Source of the DNA: the human T2T-CHM13v2.0 reference genome, Homo sapiens
Strand: one strand, 5' to 3'
NCBI RefSeq assembly: GCF_009914755.1
Contig: NC_060930.1
Length of the DNA: 64,000 bases
In this document: positions 41,601 to 53,711 of the stretch, piece after piece
How positions within the stretch are numbered: position 1 is the stretch's first letter
Layout: every line of letters begins with the position of its first letter
Translations under genes and position numbers: made by a program
The notes under the pieces: model-generated
The model's input: only the letters and a program-made list of their open reading frames with translations
What the model was told of the DNA's origin: nothing
Database searches by the model: none

Positions 41601-43272
41601 ACAAATCATAGATGACATGAACAAATGGAAACACATCCCATGCTCACAGACGGGTAGAATCAATATTGTGAAAATGACCATATAGCCAAAAGCAATCTGC
41701 AGATTCAATGCAATCCCAAATACCACCATCATTCTTTGCAGAATTAGAAAAAAACAATTCTAAAATTCATATAGAACCAAAAAAGAGTCTGCATAGCCAA
41801 AGCAAGACTAAACAAAAAGAACAAATATGGAGGCATCACACTACTTGATTTCAAACTATACTATAAGGCCATAGTCACCAAAACAGCATGGTACTGGTAC
41901 AAAAATAGGCACATAGACCAATGGAACAAACAGAATACTTACAGTCAACAGATGTTTGACAAAGCAAACAAAAACATAAAGTAGGGAAAGGACATCCTTT
42001 TCAACAAATGGTGCTGAGATAACTAGCTACTCACAATGCAATCAATACCACATGTAGGAGAATGAAACTGGATCCTCACCTCTCACCTTATACAACAATC
42101 AACTCAAGATGGATTAAGGACTTAAACCTAAGACTTTAAACTATAAAAATTCTAGAAGACAACATTGGAAAAAGCCTTCTAGACATTGGCGTAGGCAAGG
42201 ATTTCATGACCAAGAACCCAAAAGCAAATGCAATAAAAACAAAGATAAATAGCTGGGACCTAATTAAACTAAAGAGCTTTTGCTTAGCAAAAGGATCAGT
42301 CAGCAGAGTAAACAGACAAGCCACAGAGTGGGAGAAAATCTTCACAATCGGTACATCTGACAAAGGACTAATATCCAGAATCTACAATGAACTCAAACAA
42401 ATCAGTAAGAAAAAAACAAATAATCCCATCAAAAAGTGGGCTAAGGACATGAATAGACAATTCTCAAAAGAAGATATACAAATGACCAAGAAACATATGG
42501 AAAAATGCTCAACATCACTAATGATCAGGGAAAGGCAAATCAAAACCACAATGCTATACTACTTCACTCCTGCAAGAATGGCCATAATCAAAAAATCAAA
42601 AAACAGTAGATGTTGGCATCAATGCAGTGAACAGGGAACACTTCTACACTGCTAGTGGGAATGTAAACTAGTACAGCCACCATGGAAAACAGTGTGGAAA
42701 TTCCTTAAAGAACTAAAAGCAGAGCTACCATTTGATCCAACAATCTGACTACTGGGTATCTACCCAGAGGAAAACAAGTCATTATTAGAAAAAGATACTT
42801 GCACACACGTTTATAGCAGCACAATTCACGATTGCAAAATTGTGGAAACAACCCAAATGCCCATTGATCAACAAGTGGATAAAGAAACTGTGATATATAT
42901 ATAATGGAATACTACACAGACATAAAAAGGAATGAATTAATAGCATTTGCAGTGACCCGGATGAGACTGGAGACTATTATTCTAAGTGAAGTAACTCAGG
43001 AATGGAAAACCAAATATCTTATGTTCTCACTGATATGGGGGAGCTAAGCTATGAGGACACAAAGGCATAAGAATGATGCAATGGACTTTAGGGACTTGGG
43101 GAGAAGAGTGGGAGGGGGGCAAGAAATAGAAGACTACAAATTTGATGCAGTGTATACTGCTCAGGTGATAAGATGCACCCAAATCTCACAAATCACCATT
43201 AAAGAACTTACTCATGTAACCAAATACCTCCTCTACCCCATTAACTTATGGAAAAATATAATAAAAAAAAAG
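38655..43272 (+). mobile_element. L1PB1-like element, about 4.6 kb, 5'-truncated in ORF1, ORF2 disrupted
   Basis: ORF-track fragments of ORF1 (HVTYKGKPIRLTADFS) and ORF2 ([36 protein letters not shown]); L1PB 3'UTR and A tail. Confidence 0.96.
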
Positions 43273-44474
43273 AAACACAGCTTACAGGTAGTAGAGTTGG
43301 AATTGAACTCTACATCTGAAATTTCACTATGTATTTATCCAACTAAGAACAATTCATTTTTCTTTAAAGTGTTTAAAACTTTGAACAACCAGCATTTTTC
43401 AATGCTTTTAGTTTTTAGGGAGTATAATTCATGTGAAAACCAAACTTTTGGCTAAGTATCACCTGCCCCCAAATTGTGGAAAGTAGGAGTACAGGTTTAT
43501 AATTTTTACCACTATTAACGGTAAAATTCACTCCTGTGTAATTATGATTTGGCTGTTTATGCCCTGTTACATCCCCAGTAGCTCTTGACCCTGACACTAC
43601 CCCTTTCTCTCCAATCATAAAACACCTCAGATTGCAAGTCAGAGTGACATCACTGGAGTGACAACTCTAAATTTGTGTTTTATTCTCAAATTGTCCTGCC
43701 ATCCATCTCACAGTGATGACAACACAGGAGTTTGTTAAGGCATTGGGGATGGCAGGTTGGGAAATGATGAGCCAGTCAATTATTCACAGTTGCGTTTTCA
43801 TTACACTTATCAAGCACCTGTTGTGTATCAGGCATTGCTGCATTTAGTTCAGAGTCAGTCCTGCCTTTTGATCCAGAAGGGTCCCCTTCTCTACCCATCC
43901 TACACCGTGAGGTGAAGGGAACATGACAACTCAGGTTCCCCTGTGCCCCCAGACCATGCTCGAATTACTTGGGACCTGGAATTCCCCGCCCAAATGACCC
44001 AAGCCTTCTCATGGCTTGATGCAGCATCTCCTAGGCCCATCTTCCAGGGGGTGGATAACATCTCTGAAATGCACACTCAGATGGCCAAGAGGTGACTGCT
44101 TGCAGGGGACGGGGAAGGGAGATAAATTTTGGACAGACTTTGGGTTTTGGGTTTGTCCTCATAAAGAATGAGGAAACCAGGGAGTAAGAAGGGAAGGGGA
44201 GAGGGTTAGACTGGAAGGGTGCCTCCATTTCTACAGTTGCTCAGCCCAAGGGCTGCCAGGAATCCAAGAATGACAAAGATTAATTTAAAATTTTTTTTTA
44301 AAAATTTAAAGGCTAATGTAAGCATGCTATCTTTTAAAAAAAATTTTGCTCTCAAGGAGTTTTCAGGCTGGCCAGAAAGGTAGAAAAATAAATAGATCCC
44401 ATCTGTACAGCAGAATAGGGCTACTTAGGCCAGCCTGACATGCAGATGTAGGAACTGACTGCAAAGAATGAATA

Positions 44475-44661
44475 TTTTATTTTGTTTTATTATTTTATTT
44501 TATGTTTTAGAGACAGGGTCTTACTTTGTCACCCTGTCACCCAGAGTTCAATGATGTGATCATGACTCACTGCAGCCTCAAACTCCTAGGCTCAAATGAT
44601 CCTCTTGCCCCAGCCTCCCAAGAAGCTGATACAGGTGCATGCCACTATGCTCAGCTAATTT

Positions 44662-44707
<46 letters not shown>

Positions 44708-44820
44708 GACAGGGTCTCCCTGTGTTGCCTATGCTAGTCTCAAACTCCTGGCCTCAAGTGATCTCGCACCTTGACCTCCCAAAGTGTTGGAATTACAGGC
44801 ATGAGCCACGGTGCCTGGCC
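44475..44820 (-). mobile_element. AluJ with expanded middle A-rich linker (T39 on the plus strand)
   Basis: J diagnostics; T run 44666-44704; degenerate TSD aagaatgaatatt / aaggatgaatctt. Confidence 0.92.
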
Positions 44821-45239
44821 AAGGATGAATCTTGTAAACTAGGAAAGAGGATGAAAGGATGAAAAAGATAAACTAGGAAAGAGGAAATTGAGGTCAGGGT
44901 TGGGGCGGGGAGGGCGGACAGTGGGAGGGCAGGGTGGAGAGAAAGAGTACTGGCTTGGAGAAGCCATGAGGCATGGAGCAGGAAGGTTTCCAACTCTGCA
45001 AAACTGGGCTCAAGGCCCTCCAACCATGCTCTCATTTCTTGCAAAAAAATAAAATAAAATCCTGTACATGCATCTGGAAACAAGTAGAGCCAAATACACA
45101 TGTGTTTAACTGACACCATCACAGTGTAGGAAAGGAACCGATGCATAGCTTAGTGTTCTTGAAGCAAAAGTCCAAGGTGGAGAAAGTATAAGAAGTGCGT
45201 AGAGATGTTGGCACATCTCAGCAAAAGTCATCTCTTACA

Positions 45240-45720
45240 CTAGGAGGTTTAGCCTTATTTGAGAAGTGACAGGGTTTTAAGCACAAAACTGACATGATTA
45301 GACTTGATTTCAGTTAGCAATATGGAGAAATTTCAAAAGCATTGAAGACTGAAGATGCAAAGAACCAGTTAGTAGGTAGTTATTATAATCCAGGTGAATG
45401 ATAATAAGAGCCTGAGCTACATTAATTTGAAATCTCAAAATGAAGATGTCTGTATGCCTTGCTTGCCACATAGTAGGTGCTCAGTAAATAATTATTGAAT
45501 GAATGAAGTCAATGGCAATAGGATTGGATAGAGAAAGGGTATGTTTTGGAAATATGAAGATTATGAAAATAAAATGTGGGACTGACAAGGTCTGAAGTCA
45601 GGGATAACTCCAGGATGTCTTTTTGAATGTCAGGCAGATGATGGTGTCAGTAACTAAAAAGGGATGTCTTCTGAAGGGGATATGATGAAACAAGTTGAGA
45701 TGACTCAAAGGCAACAAAAT
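45240..45720 (-). mobile_element. L2 fragments (mixed orientation)
   Basis: ggttttaagcac...gacatgattagactt...taatccaggtga; nested sense L2 tail cacatagtaggtgctcagtaaata...tgaatgaatgaa. Confidence 0.65.
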
Positions 45721-45729
45721 ATAACCCTA

Positions 45730-45916
45730 GAAAAGTGGGTATAATTTTTAGTTTGTATCAGAATACCTAGACCATTTGTAAAATGCAGATTCCCAATTCT
45801 CATTCCCAGATCTTTCAATTCACAAAAGATGGGATGAAGCCTGGGACTCTGCATTTGGAATGTGCATCCCAGGTGATACTAGGGAAGGGTGAGGACAACT
45901 TATTTTGAGAAATTTG
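45730..45916. mobile_element. MER5-like DNA transposon
   Basis: atcagaatacct...ttgtaaaatgcagattccc...gcctgggactctgcattt...cccaggtgat...tttgagaaa. Confidence 0.65.
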
Positions 45917-46019
45917 TTTAAATCTAGAGCTTTGGTGAGAGGTTGGAAATATAGATTTGGGAATCATGACTTAAAGATAATAAAAACCAATACTGACTAA
46001 CCACAATGTGACAAACTGT

Positions 46020-46210
46020 TCTACGCATTTTACTGTATTGACAAACAGACTTCATGCCTCTCTCAGGTAGATATTATTACTCCCTGTATTTTACAGATCA
46101 GAAAACTGAACCATAGAGAGGTTTGTGAGTGGCAAGTGGCATATACAAGATTTGAACTTAGGCAGCCTAAGTTCAAGGCCAAAGCCTGTGTTCTTAACCA
46201 TTATTCTATT
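46020..46210 (-). mobile_element. MIR SINE
   Basis: attttacagatcagaaaactgaa...gatttgaacttaggcagcct...tcttaaccattatt. Confidence 0.7.
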
Positions 46211-46457
46211 CTAGTCCTTGATGTGCTGTATTACTTGTTGAGAGTAATTAATAGTGGCAAAGGGGATGAGATTGCCCAGGAAGATGTTATGCATGTGGGT
46301 CAAATACTGAATCCTGAAGAACATCAAATATGAGTGGCAGATGAAAGTAGAGGATTAGAAGAGACTAAAGAAAAGTCTGTGAACCCATACTGGACTCTTT
46401 AAAGATAACACAGAGAGTAAAACTGCAAAGAAACTCTTAATAAATATTTTTTCATAG

Positions 46458-46516
46458 TAACATTGATGATGAAAACATAAGTATTCTTAGGGACCCTGAA
46501 GGAATATTTCACTAAG
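46458..46516 (+). pseudogene. Fossil exon (59 nt)
   Basis: attttttcatAG| ... AAG|GTATCA; NIDDENISILRDPEGIFH*; the next acceptor at 46666 continues GRC*IVETNMKKTAFIADE. Confidence 0.4.
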
Positions 46517-47433
46517 GTATCATCTAATGGCACGCTGTGATGTTTCTTCATAATATTTTCAACTACACTGTATTTTTTTTAATTGCTGAAAATGGAGGAA
46601 GTAACCTGGAGACAATATAATTTACGTTAAGATTTTTTTAAGGAACAAAATGAATGTGTTTTACAGGTAGATGTTAAATAGTGGAAACCAATATGAAGAA
46701 AACTGCTTTTATTGCTGATGAGTTATCTATCTCCAACAATAATCAGCATTTGGAATGGGGATTTAAATTCTAGTCTTTTTTGTACAACTCATACTCATAT
46801 CTCAACTGGATGAACTTGAAAATGCAATTGGTTTTCTTGGTATTTGCAAATACTTAGACCTTATTAATTTTTGGTGTCCACAATCTTTATATAGTCACAG
46901 AAACACACTTTAATCTCTTGAATTTTCCTTTATTTGTCAGCAAACATAGTCTGCTAGTACTGGCAAGAATGTTAAATTCACATTAGGAGATACAAAAATA
47001 AGGGACTTCTATATAACAATAAAACAATTTTCTGGCAATAATTTAGTCAATCATTGAAACAAATTTTGAAGACTATGGAACCATTTGCTCTGATTGCACG
47101 TTCCTTGGCTTTCTGAAATATATTTTCTGTCACTTTGTGGGTCCATGAATCCCTGGGTGCACTAAAAGTTTAAAGAAACAATCAACTTCTTTTTCATTAT
47201 CCTGTCTCTACTCAGTCACAGGATGGCCTTGATTTATTTGTGTAGTGTAAAAGAATCTCTTTTTTCTCTTGAGGGAGTTCCATCTGAAAAGATATTCCTC
47301 ATTATAACTAGTCACAAAAATACTTAGAGTAAGCAACTGTCTGAACCCCAAGGTAGAAAATACAGTATTTGTATAAAAGTCTGCCCCAGTCTTTGCTTTC
47401 TCCTCATCATGATTTACCTCCTGCTTTTGCCAG

Positions 47434-47494
47434 AAGATAAGTGATGAATGGGTGGTTTGACACAAGACATGCTATGTGGATGCTAGAAAGACAG
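47434..47494 (+). pseudogene. Fossil exon (61 nt)
   Basis: ctcctgcttttgccAG| ... CAG|GTAAAT; KISDEWVV*HKTCYVDARKT. Confidence 0.45.
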
Positions 47495-48589
47495 GTAAAT
47501 GCTTTTAAAAAACGTTTTGAACATAACCTGCCACTAAATCAGGAGATTTGGGGTGGGAGAGCAAGAATGTAGAAATGATATTAATACAGTGAGGAGTAAG
47601 ACCCTTATTTCATCACAGAGATGAATGTAGATCTGCTGCAATTTGCAAATAACACATAATTATGGATAGTTTTTGTAATGCAAAAAATAAACCCTCTAAT
47701 TATATATAGAACTGATTGTAGATAATGATAGTGATCTACTAGGAATAGATTAAAGGATTGAGACCATTTTTTTCCATCTCATTCAGACATTGAGGTTTTC
47801 TGCATTGACCTGTGGAAATGGCATTAATGAGAGACACTGAAGAGAGACTGTCTAGATGGTTGCAGGGGCTTGATTTACACATTTCCCAGCATCTTCCTTG
47901 TCAGAAGCCTTTGGGAATATGATTATTCTTAAAACCTCAGCAGGCCCACTAGCTAGTCAAGCAAATGAGAGAAAGGAAAAGGCCCTTCATTTGGATTAGT
48001 TTTGTATGACCCAGGGAAATGTTTTAGAACTTTGAAGATTCATCGGAAAACCTTATTTTTCCCTACTCCTACTTCCATGCTTTCTCCTCCCCACTTCTCT
48101 CCTCTCTTCCTTTCCTTTACTATTTCTTTTTCTTTCTTAATAGTGTATTCCTTGATCCTAAACAAGCCCTATCAGCTTTTTGTTTTTCTAGGTAAGTAAT
48201 AAAAGACAGAAATATCTGAAAGTACTTGAAGCTCTCCAGAAAACAAATTCATCTAAAGAACCCCCAAATAGTACTATTTGTTTTCATGAGCTCTCATATT
48301 ACTCCCTGATATAACAAATTATTCCTATTATCAAAATGGAACAGCAAATTTATGTGATGACCTTGGGCAAGAATAGTGTCTCCTTTACATAGAAAAATGA
48401 GATCACCTCCATTAAGCACAGTACTTAAGATCCCATGATGTCAGGTTTTCCTGGCTGCCACTGCCTCTGTTTTCCACTTTCTGCCTAGTGGAAGGAGGCA
48501 AGAATGACAGGATGCCTCACAGTTTGCTCATCTAATATATAGTTATTTCTCACAATGTGACCCTACCTCTGAACTTTGATGACCAAAAT

Positions 48590-49375
48590 TGATGGATACT
48601 ATAAATGGGAAAATATAAAGGTACTTAAAGGAAGGTAAGATTTCTGTATTTCATCCCAATTGGTAAAATATTGACACTAGTAGATTGTGATAAATTGTGT
48701 AACATGAAATAACTAAAGCAATCACTAAAAGAATTTATACAAACAGAGACACTCAAAAGCACTCAAGATAAACCAAAATAAAATTGTAAAATATATTCAA
48801 GTAACCTGCATGAAGACAGGAGGAAAAAAGCAGAGAACAAAGAACAGAGAAAACAAAGAGCAAACAAAAGCAACAACAACAAAAACAACAACAAACATGG
48901 CAGGCATAATCCTTAACCAAACAATAATCACATTAAATTCAAATTGGATAAATACTCCAAGTAAAAGACAGAGATTGGCAGACTGAGTTTTTTTTTTTTT
49001 TTAAGAAAAACTATATGCTGCCTACAAGAAACTCACTTCAATATAGGAAGGTTGAAAAGATGGAAAAAATACCATGAAGATAGTAGTAAAAAACAAAACA
49101 GGAGTGATGTATTAACATCAGATAAAATAGAACTCAGAGCAAAGAAAATTATCTGGGACATTACATAACAATAAGTGTCAATCCACCCAGAAGATACAAC
49201 AATCTTAAAATATATAGAACTGATTGTAGATAATGCACCAAATAACAGAGCTGCAAAATATGTGAAACAAAAACTAATACAACTGAAAAACAAATAGAAA
49301 AATCCATAATTATAGTTGGAAACTTCAGCACACTTCTCTTAATAACTAACAGAATGATTAGACAGATAAGTGGTT
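48590..49375 (+). mobile_element. Old L1M inter-ORF and ORF2 endonuclease fragment
   Basis: ataatcacattaaattc...ctatatgctgcctacaagaaactcacttc...gttggaaacttcagcac. Confidence 0.8.
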
Positions 49376-49718
49376 TATGGTAGAAAAAATTTACCAAAAA
49401 TGATGATTATGAGGATCACAGAGATAAGAAACATTGAGGAGGAGCAGGTATTTGTAGAAGAGGGGGAAAGAGGGTGAGCTGGGTTTTGGGCAAGTTGAGA
49501 TATTCAAGAACTGTCAAGGTACAGCTGGATGTCTGAGATGGTGAGAAGGATAGAAATAGACATTTGAAGTCACCTACGTATATGTGGTAATCAAAGCAAT
49601 GAGCTCAGCTGAGTTTGTCAATAACATTTCATGTCTGTGTAGAAACAGGTTAGCCTACAAAGGTCAAATATCTTAGAGAAAACACAAGTATGTGTATGTT
49701 TGGAAAATTAAGGACATA

Positions 49719-51285
49719 TTAATGCTATTCCTATCAAGCTACCATTGACTTTCCTCACAGAATTAGAAAAAATTACTTTGAATTTCATGTGGAATCAAAA
49801 AAGAGCCCGTTTAGCCAAGACAATTATAAGCAAAAAGAACAAAGCTAGAGGCATTATGCTACCTGACTTCAAACTATACTACAAGGCTACAGTAACCAAG
49901 ACAGCATGGTACTGGTACCAAAACAGAAATACAGACCAATGGAAGAGAATAGGGACCTCAGAAATAACACCACACATCTACAACCATCTGATCTTTGACA
50001 AACCTGACAAAAACAAGCAATGGGGAAGGGATTCCCTATTTAATAAATGGTGCTGGGAAAACTGGCTAGCCATATGCAGAAAAGAGAAACTAGACCCCTT
50101 CCTTACACCTTATACAAAAATTAACTCAAGATGTATTAAAGACTTAAATATAAAACCCAAAACCATAAAAACCCTAGAAGAAAACCTAGGCAATACCATT
50201 CAGGAGATAGGCATGGGCAAAGACTTCATAACTAAAACACCAAAAGCAAATGCAACAAAAGCCAAAATTGACAAATGGGATCTAATCAAACTAAAGAGCT
50301 TCTGCACAGAAAAAAAAAAAAACAACTATCTTCAGAGTGAACAGGCAACCTACAGAATGGGAGAAAATTTTTGCAATCTACCTGTCTGTCAGATGGGTCT
50401 AATATCCAGAATCTATAAGGAACTTAAACAAATTTACAAGAAAAAAACAAACAACCCCATCAAAAAGTGGGTGAAGGATATGAACAGACACTTTTCAAAA
50501 GAAAACATGTATGCCGCCAACAAAAATGAAAAAAAAAGCTCATCATCACCATTCACAAGAGAAATGCAAAACCACAATGAGATACCATCTCATGCCAGTT
50601 AGAATGGCAATTACTAAAACGTCAGGAAACAACAGATGCTGGCAAGGCTATGGAGAAATAGGAACACTTTTACACTATTGGTGGGATTGTAAATTAGATC
50701 AACCATTGTGGAAGACAATGTGGTGATTCCTCAAGGATCTAGAACCAGAAATACCATTTGACCCAGCAATCCTATTACTGGGTATGCACACATATGTCTA
50801 TTGCAGCACTATTTACAATAGCAAAGAGTTGGAACCAACACAAATGCCCATCAATAATAGACTGGATAAAGAAAATGTGGCACATATACACCATGGAATA
50901 TTATGCAGCCATAAAAAGAATGAGTTCATGTCCTTTTCAGGGACATAGATGAAGCTGGAAGCCATCATTCTCAGCAAACTAACACAGGATCAGAAAACCA
51001 AACATGGCATGTTCTCACTCATAAGTGTGAGTTGAACAATGAGAACACACTGACACAGCAAGGGGACCATCACACACTGGGGCCTATCAGGGGTTGGGGG
51101 CAAGGTGATAGAGAACATTAGGACAAATACCTAATGCATGTGGGGCTTAAAACCTACATGACAGGTTGATAGGTGCAGCAAACCACCACAGCACGTGTAT
51201 ACCTATGTAACAAACCTGCATGTTCTGCACATGTAGCCCAGAAATTAAAGTAAAAAAAAAAAAAAAAAAAAGAAAGGAAAAAAAA
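49719..51285 (+). mobile_element. 5'-truncated L1PA7/8-like element
   Basis: ORF 49745-50602 is L1 ORF2p ([20 protein letters not shown]); 3'UTR and A tail; 17-bp TSD ggaaaattaagg(a/g)cata at 49702-49718 and 51286-51302; small internal deletion near 50785. Confidence 0.96.
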
Positions 51286-51345
51286 GGAAAATTAAGGGCA
51301 TAGAGCATTTGTTTTTTTAGATGAGTCCTCAAAAGAATGCTGCTG

Positions 51346-51643
51346 GGCCAGGTGCAGTGGCTTATGCCTGTAATCCCAGCACTTTGGGAGGCTGAGGCAG
51401 TTGTATCACCTGAGGTCAGGAGTTTGAGACCAGCCTGGCCAACATGGCAAGACCCTGTCTCTACTAAAAAATACAAAAATTAGCCGGGCGTGGTGGTGTG
51501 TGCCTGTAATCCCAGCTACTCAGGACGCTGAGGCACAAGAATCGCTTGAACCTAGGAGGCGGAGGTTGCAGTGAGCCGAGATCACAACATTGCACTCCAG
51601 CCTGGGCAACAGGAGCAAAACTCCATCTGAAAAAAAAAGAAAA
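51346..51643 (+). mobile_element. AluS (Sq/Sx)
   Basis: Full dimer with A tail. Confidence 0.95.
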
Positions 51644-51826
51644 TGACCACAGGATTTCTTGATACTGAAGTCATTAATGATCTTAGCAAGAGGAATTTAG
51701 TGGAAGAAAGGGATAAGAAGTCAGCTTGGAGTGGGTAAAGGAGTAAGTAGAAAAATGAAGAAATGGAGATGATAAGTGTAATAAAAAACTTTTTGTGAAA
51801 TCTGACTATGAAGAAGAGACAGATGT

Positions 51827-52053
51827 AGCACAACAGGGTGACAGTGACAATAATCAATAATAATTTAACTGTATGTTTTAAAATAACTAAACAAGTATAA
51901 TTGGATTGTAACACAAAGGACAAATGCTTGAGGGGATGGGTGCCTTATTTTCCATGATTAGATTATTACACATTGCATGCCAGTATCAAAACATTTCATG
52001 TACCCCATAAATATATACACCTACTATATACCCCCCAAAATAAATAAATAAAT
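51827..52053 (+). mobile_element. L1MA 3' end fragment
   Basis: catgtaccccataaatatatacacctactat; 16-bp TSD aagaagaga(c/a)agatgt at 51811-51826 and 52054-52069. Confidence 0.88.
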
Positions 52054-52633
52054 AAGAAGAGAAAGATGTCAGGCTAAGTGGAGCTAGGGAGGGTTTTGAT
52101 TAACTGATTGATCATTAGAGGTGTTTTATAATGTTGTGTTTTATTTTGTAATTTTTACGTATGTTTCTCTTTTTTTCTTTTTCTTTTTTTATTTCTTTGA
52201 GGGAGGAATACTAGGCAAACTTGTGAGCAAGAGGCTGAGGAAAAGAGAAGGTTGATTCTGTAACTTTTTGCAAAAAGAAGGAAAGGATGAAAATAAAAAC
52301 AATGGCAAAGGGATTGGTCTTCCACAGGAGGAATGATGCTTGTTCTTAACAAAAAACAGGAGATGCATACCAACGTGATTTGATTGATTGTTTTGTAGGG
52401 AGAAATTCAGAGAGTTCTTTTCTAGTGTTTTTATCTTTCTTGATGCTCTTTCTTTGCTAAGTCACATTTATGGAAAATAAGAATGTAAGAATAATATTTG
52501 ATATTCACAGATCAAGAAACAGTATTTTCTGTACCAAAAAGAGAAAAATATTATTCAAAAAGAGGGAAACTTTTATTTTAAATTCATTTATATAAAAATT
52601 CTTATAGTAGTATAAAAATTAAGGCATACTAAG

Positions 52634-52877
52634 TTTTTGTGTTTTGTTTTTGTTTTTCTCTTTTTAAAAACAGGACTGTGCCCTGTCACCCAGGCTGAGT
52701 GCAGTAGCATGATCATATCTACTGCAGCTTCAAACTGCTGGGCTCAGGTGATCCTCCCACCTTAGCCTCCTAGGCCACCAGGACTGCAGGCGTGTGCCAT
52801 CACGCCCAGCTAATTTTTCATTTTTTCATTTTTGTAGACCCTTGTCCAACATAAGGTCTCACTATGTTGCCCAGGTT
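52634..52877 (-). mobile_element. 5'-truncated AluJ
   Basis: Right arm plus part of the left arm; T-rich tail. Confidence 0.88.
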
Positions 52878-52964
52878 CACACTGACTTTTATAGGTAACT
52901 AACAATTATCTAATTGTCTTAATTAAAATTAAGAAAGTTACCTAATATTGGCACTGTCCTGGAA

Positions 52965-53420
52965 AATCAGAATGTGTGGGAACTCTTGGTTGAAAGTGAC
53001 AAAAAACCCCAGCTAAAACAACTTATGCAGAAAGAAAATATTATCAGCTTAAATAACTGCAATTTTAGGATTAGAGGATGGTTCCAATATGCCTATATTC
53101 AAGGCTGTAAATGATGCCACAGAAACCTCAGCTCTGCCTTCAGCTATATTACTGCAGTCTTAGCTAAACTGCAAAATGGCAGCCGTGGAGTCTTGTTTTA
53201 TTCTCTTGGATCCACATCTGTAAAGAAAATCTAAGCTATCTTTTCCAGAAAATCTAGCAAAATTTCATTGCATTTTATTGGCTTTAATCAGGTCATGTAC
53301 CAATTCCTGAAATAATTACTGAGTTCAGGGAGGATAAGATGCATTAGACTTAGGTTTATGGTCACAATTGGAGGTGAGTGTTATGTCATGTGGTCTACAA
53401 TAGGAATAGGTAGATTCCCA
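52965..53420 (-). mobile_element. MLT1 (MaLR) LTR, degraded
   Basis: gggaactcttggttgaaagtgacaaaaaaccc...aaaatggcagc...tattggctttaatcaggtcatgtacc. Confidence 0.6.
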
Positions 53421-53588
53421 AGTTGCTGAGGAAGATCAAATTCTGATTGTTCAAAATACAATCAAATTAGTTAACAACTTCACTTTCCTGCCTAGTATAT
53501 AGCCTTTGGAGAAAACGGTTAATAGATAGAGCCGATTTCTGATTTGAGTTTCCTTTCTGCTCCTCTTTACTATGAACTTGTCCTGAAG

Positions 53589-53711
53589 GTGCTGGAGCCC
53601 AGTGACATAACTGAAAGGAAGACATCAGATGGATGAATTTTGAACCATGGTGAATCGGTTGTAACAGTAACCAGCAGTTAATACAAGAAAAGAATTCTTG
53701 GAAGAAAAAAG
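53589..53711 (+). pseudogene. Fossil or non-coding exon (123 nt)
   Basis: Pyrimidine tract ...cctgaAG| ... AAG|GTAAGT (consensus donor); length is a multiple of 3; GAGAQ*HN*KEDIRWMNFEPW*IGCNSNQQLIQEKNSWKKK. Confidence 0.5.

Noticed and set aside
38886-43455. Multiple ORFs with RT/endonuclease motifs
   Set aside because: Fragments of a dead L1PB; not a novel reverse transcriptase system
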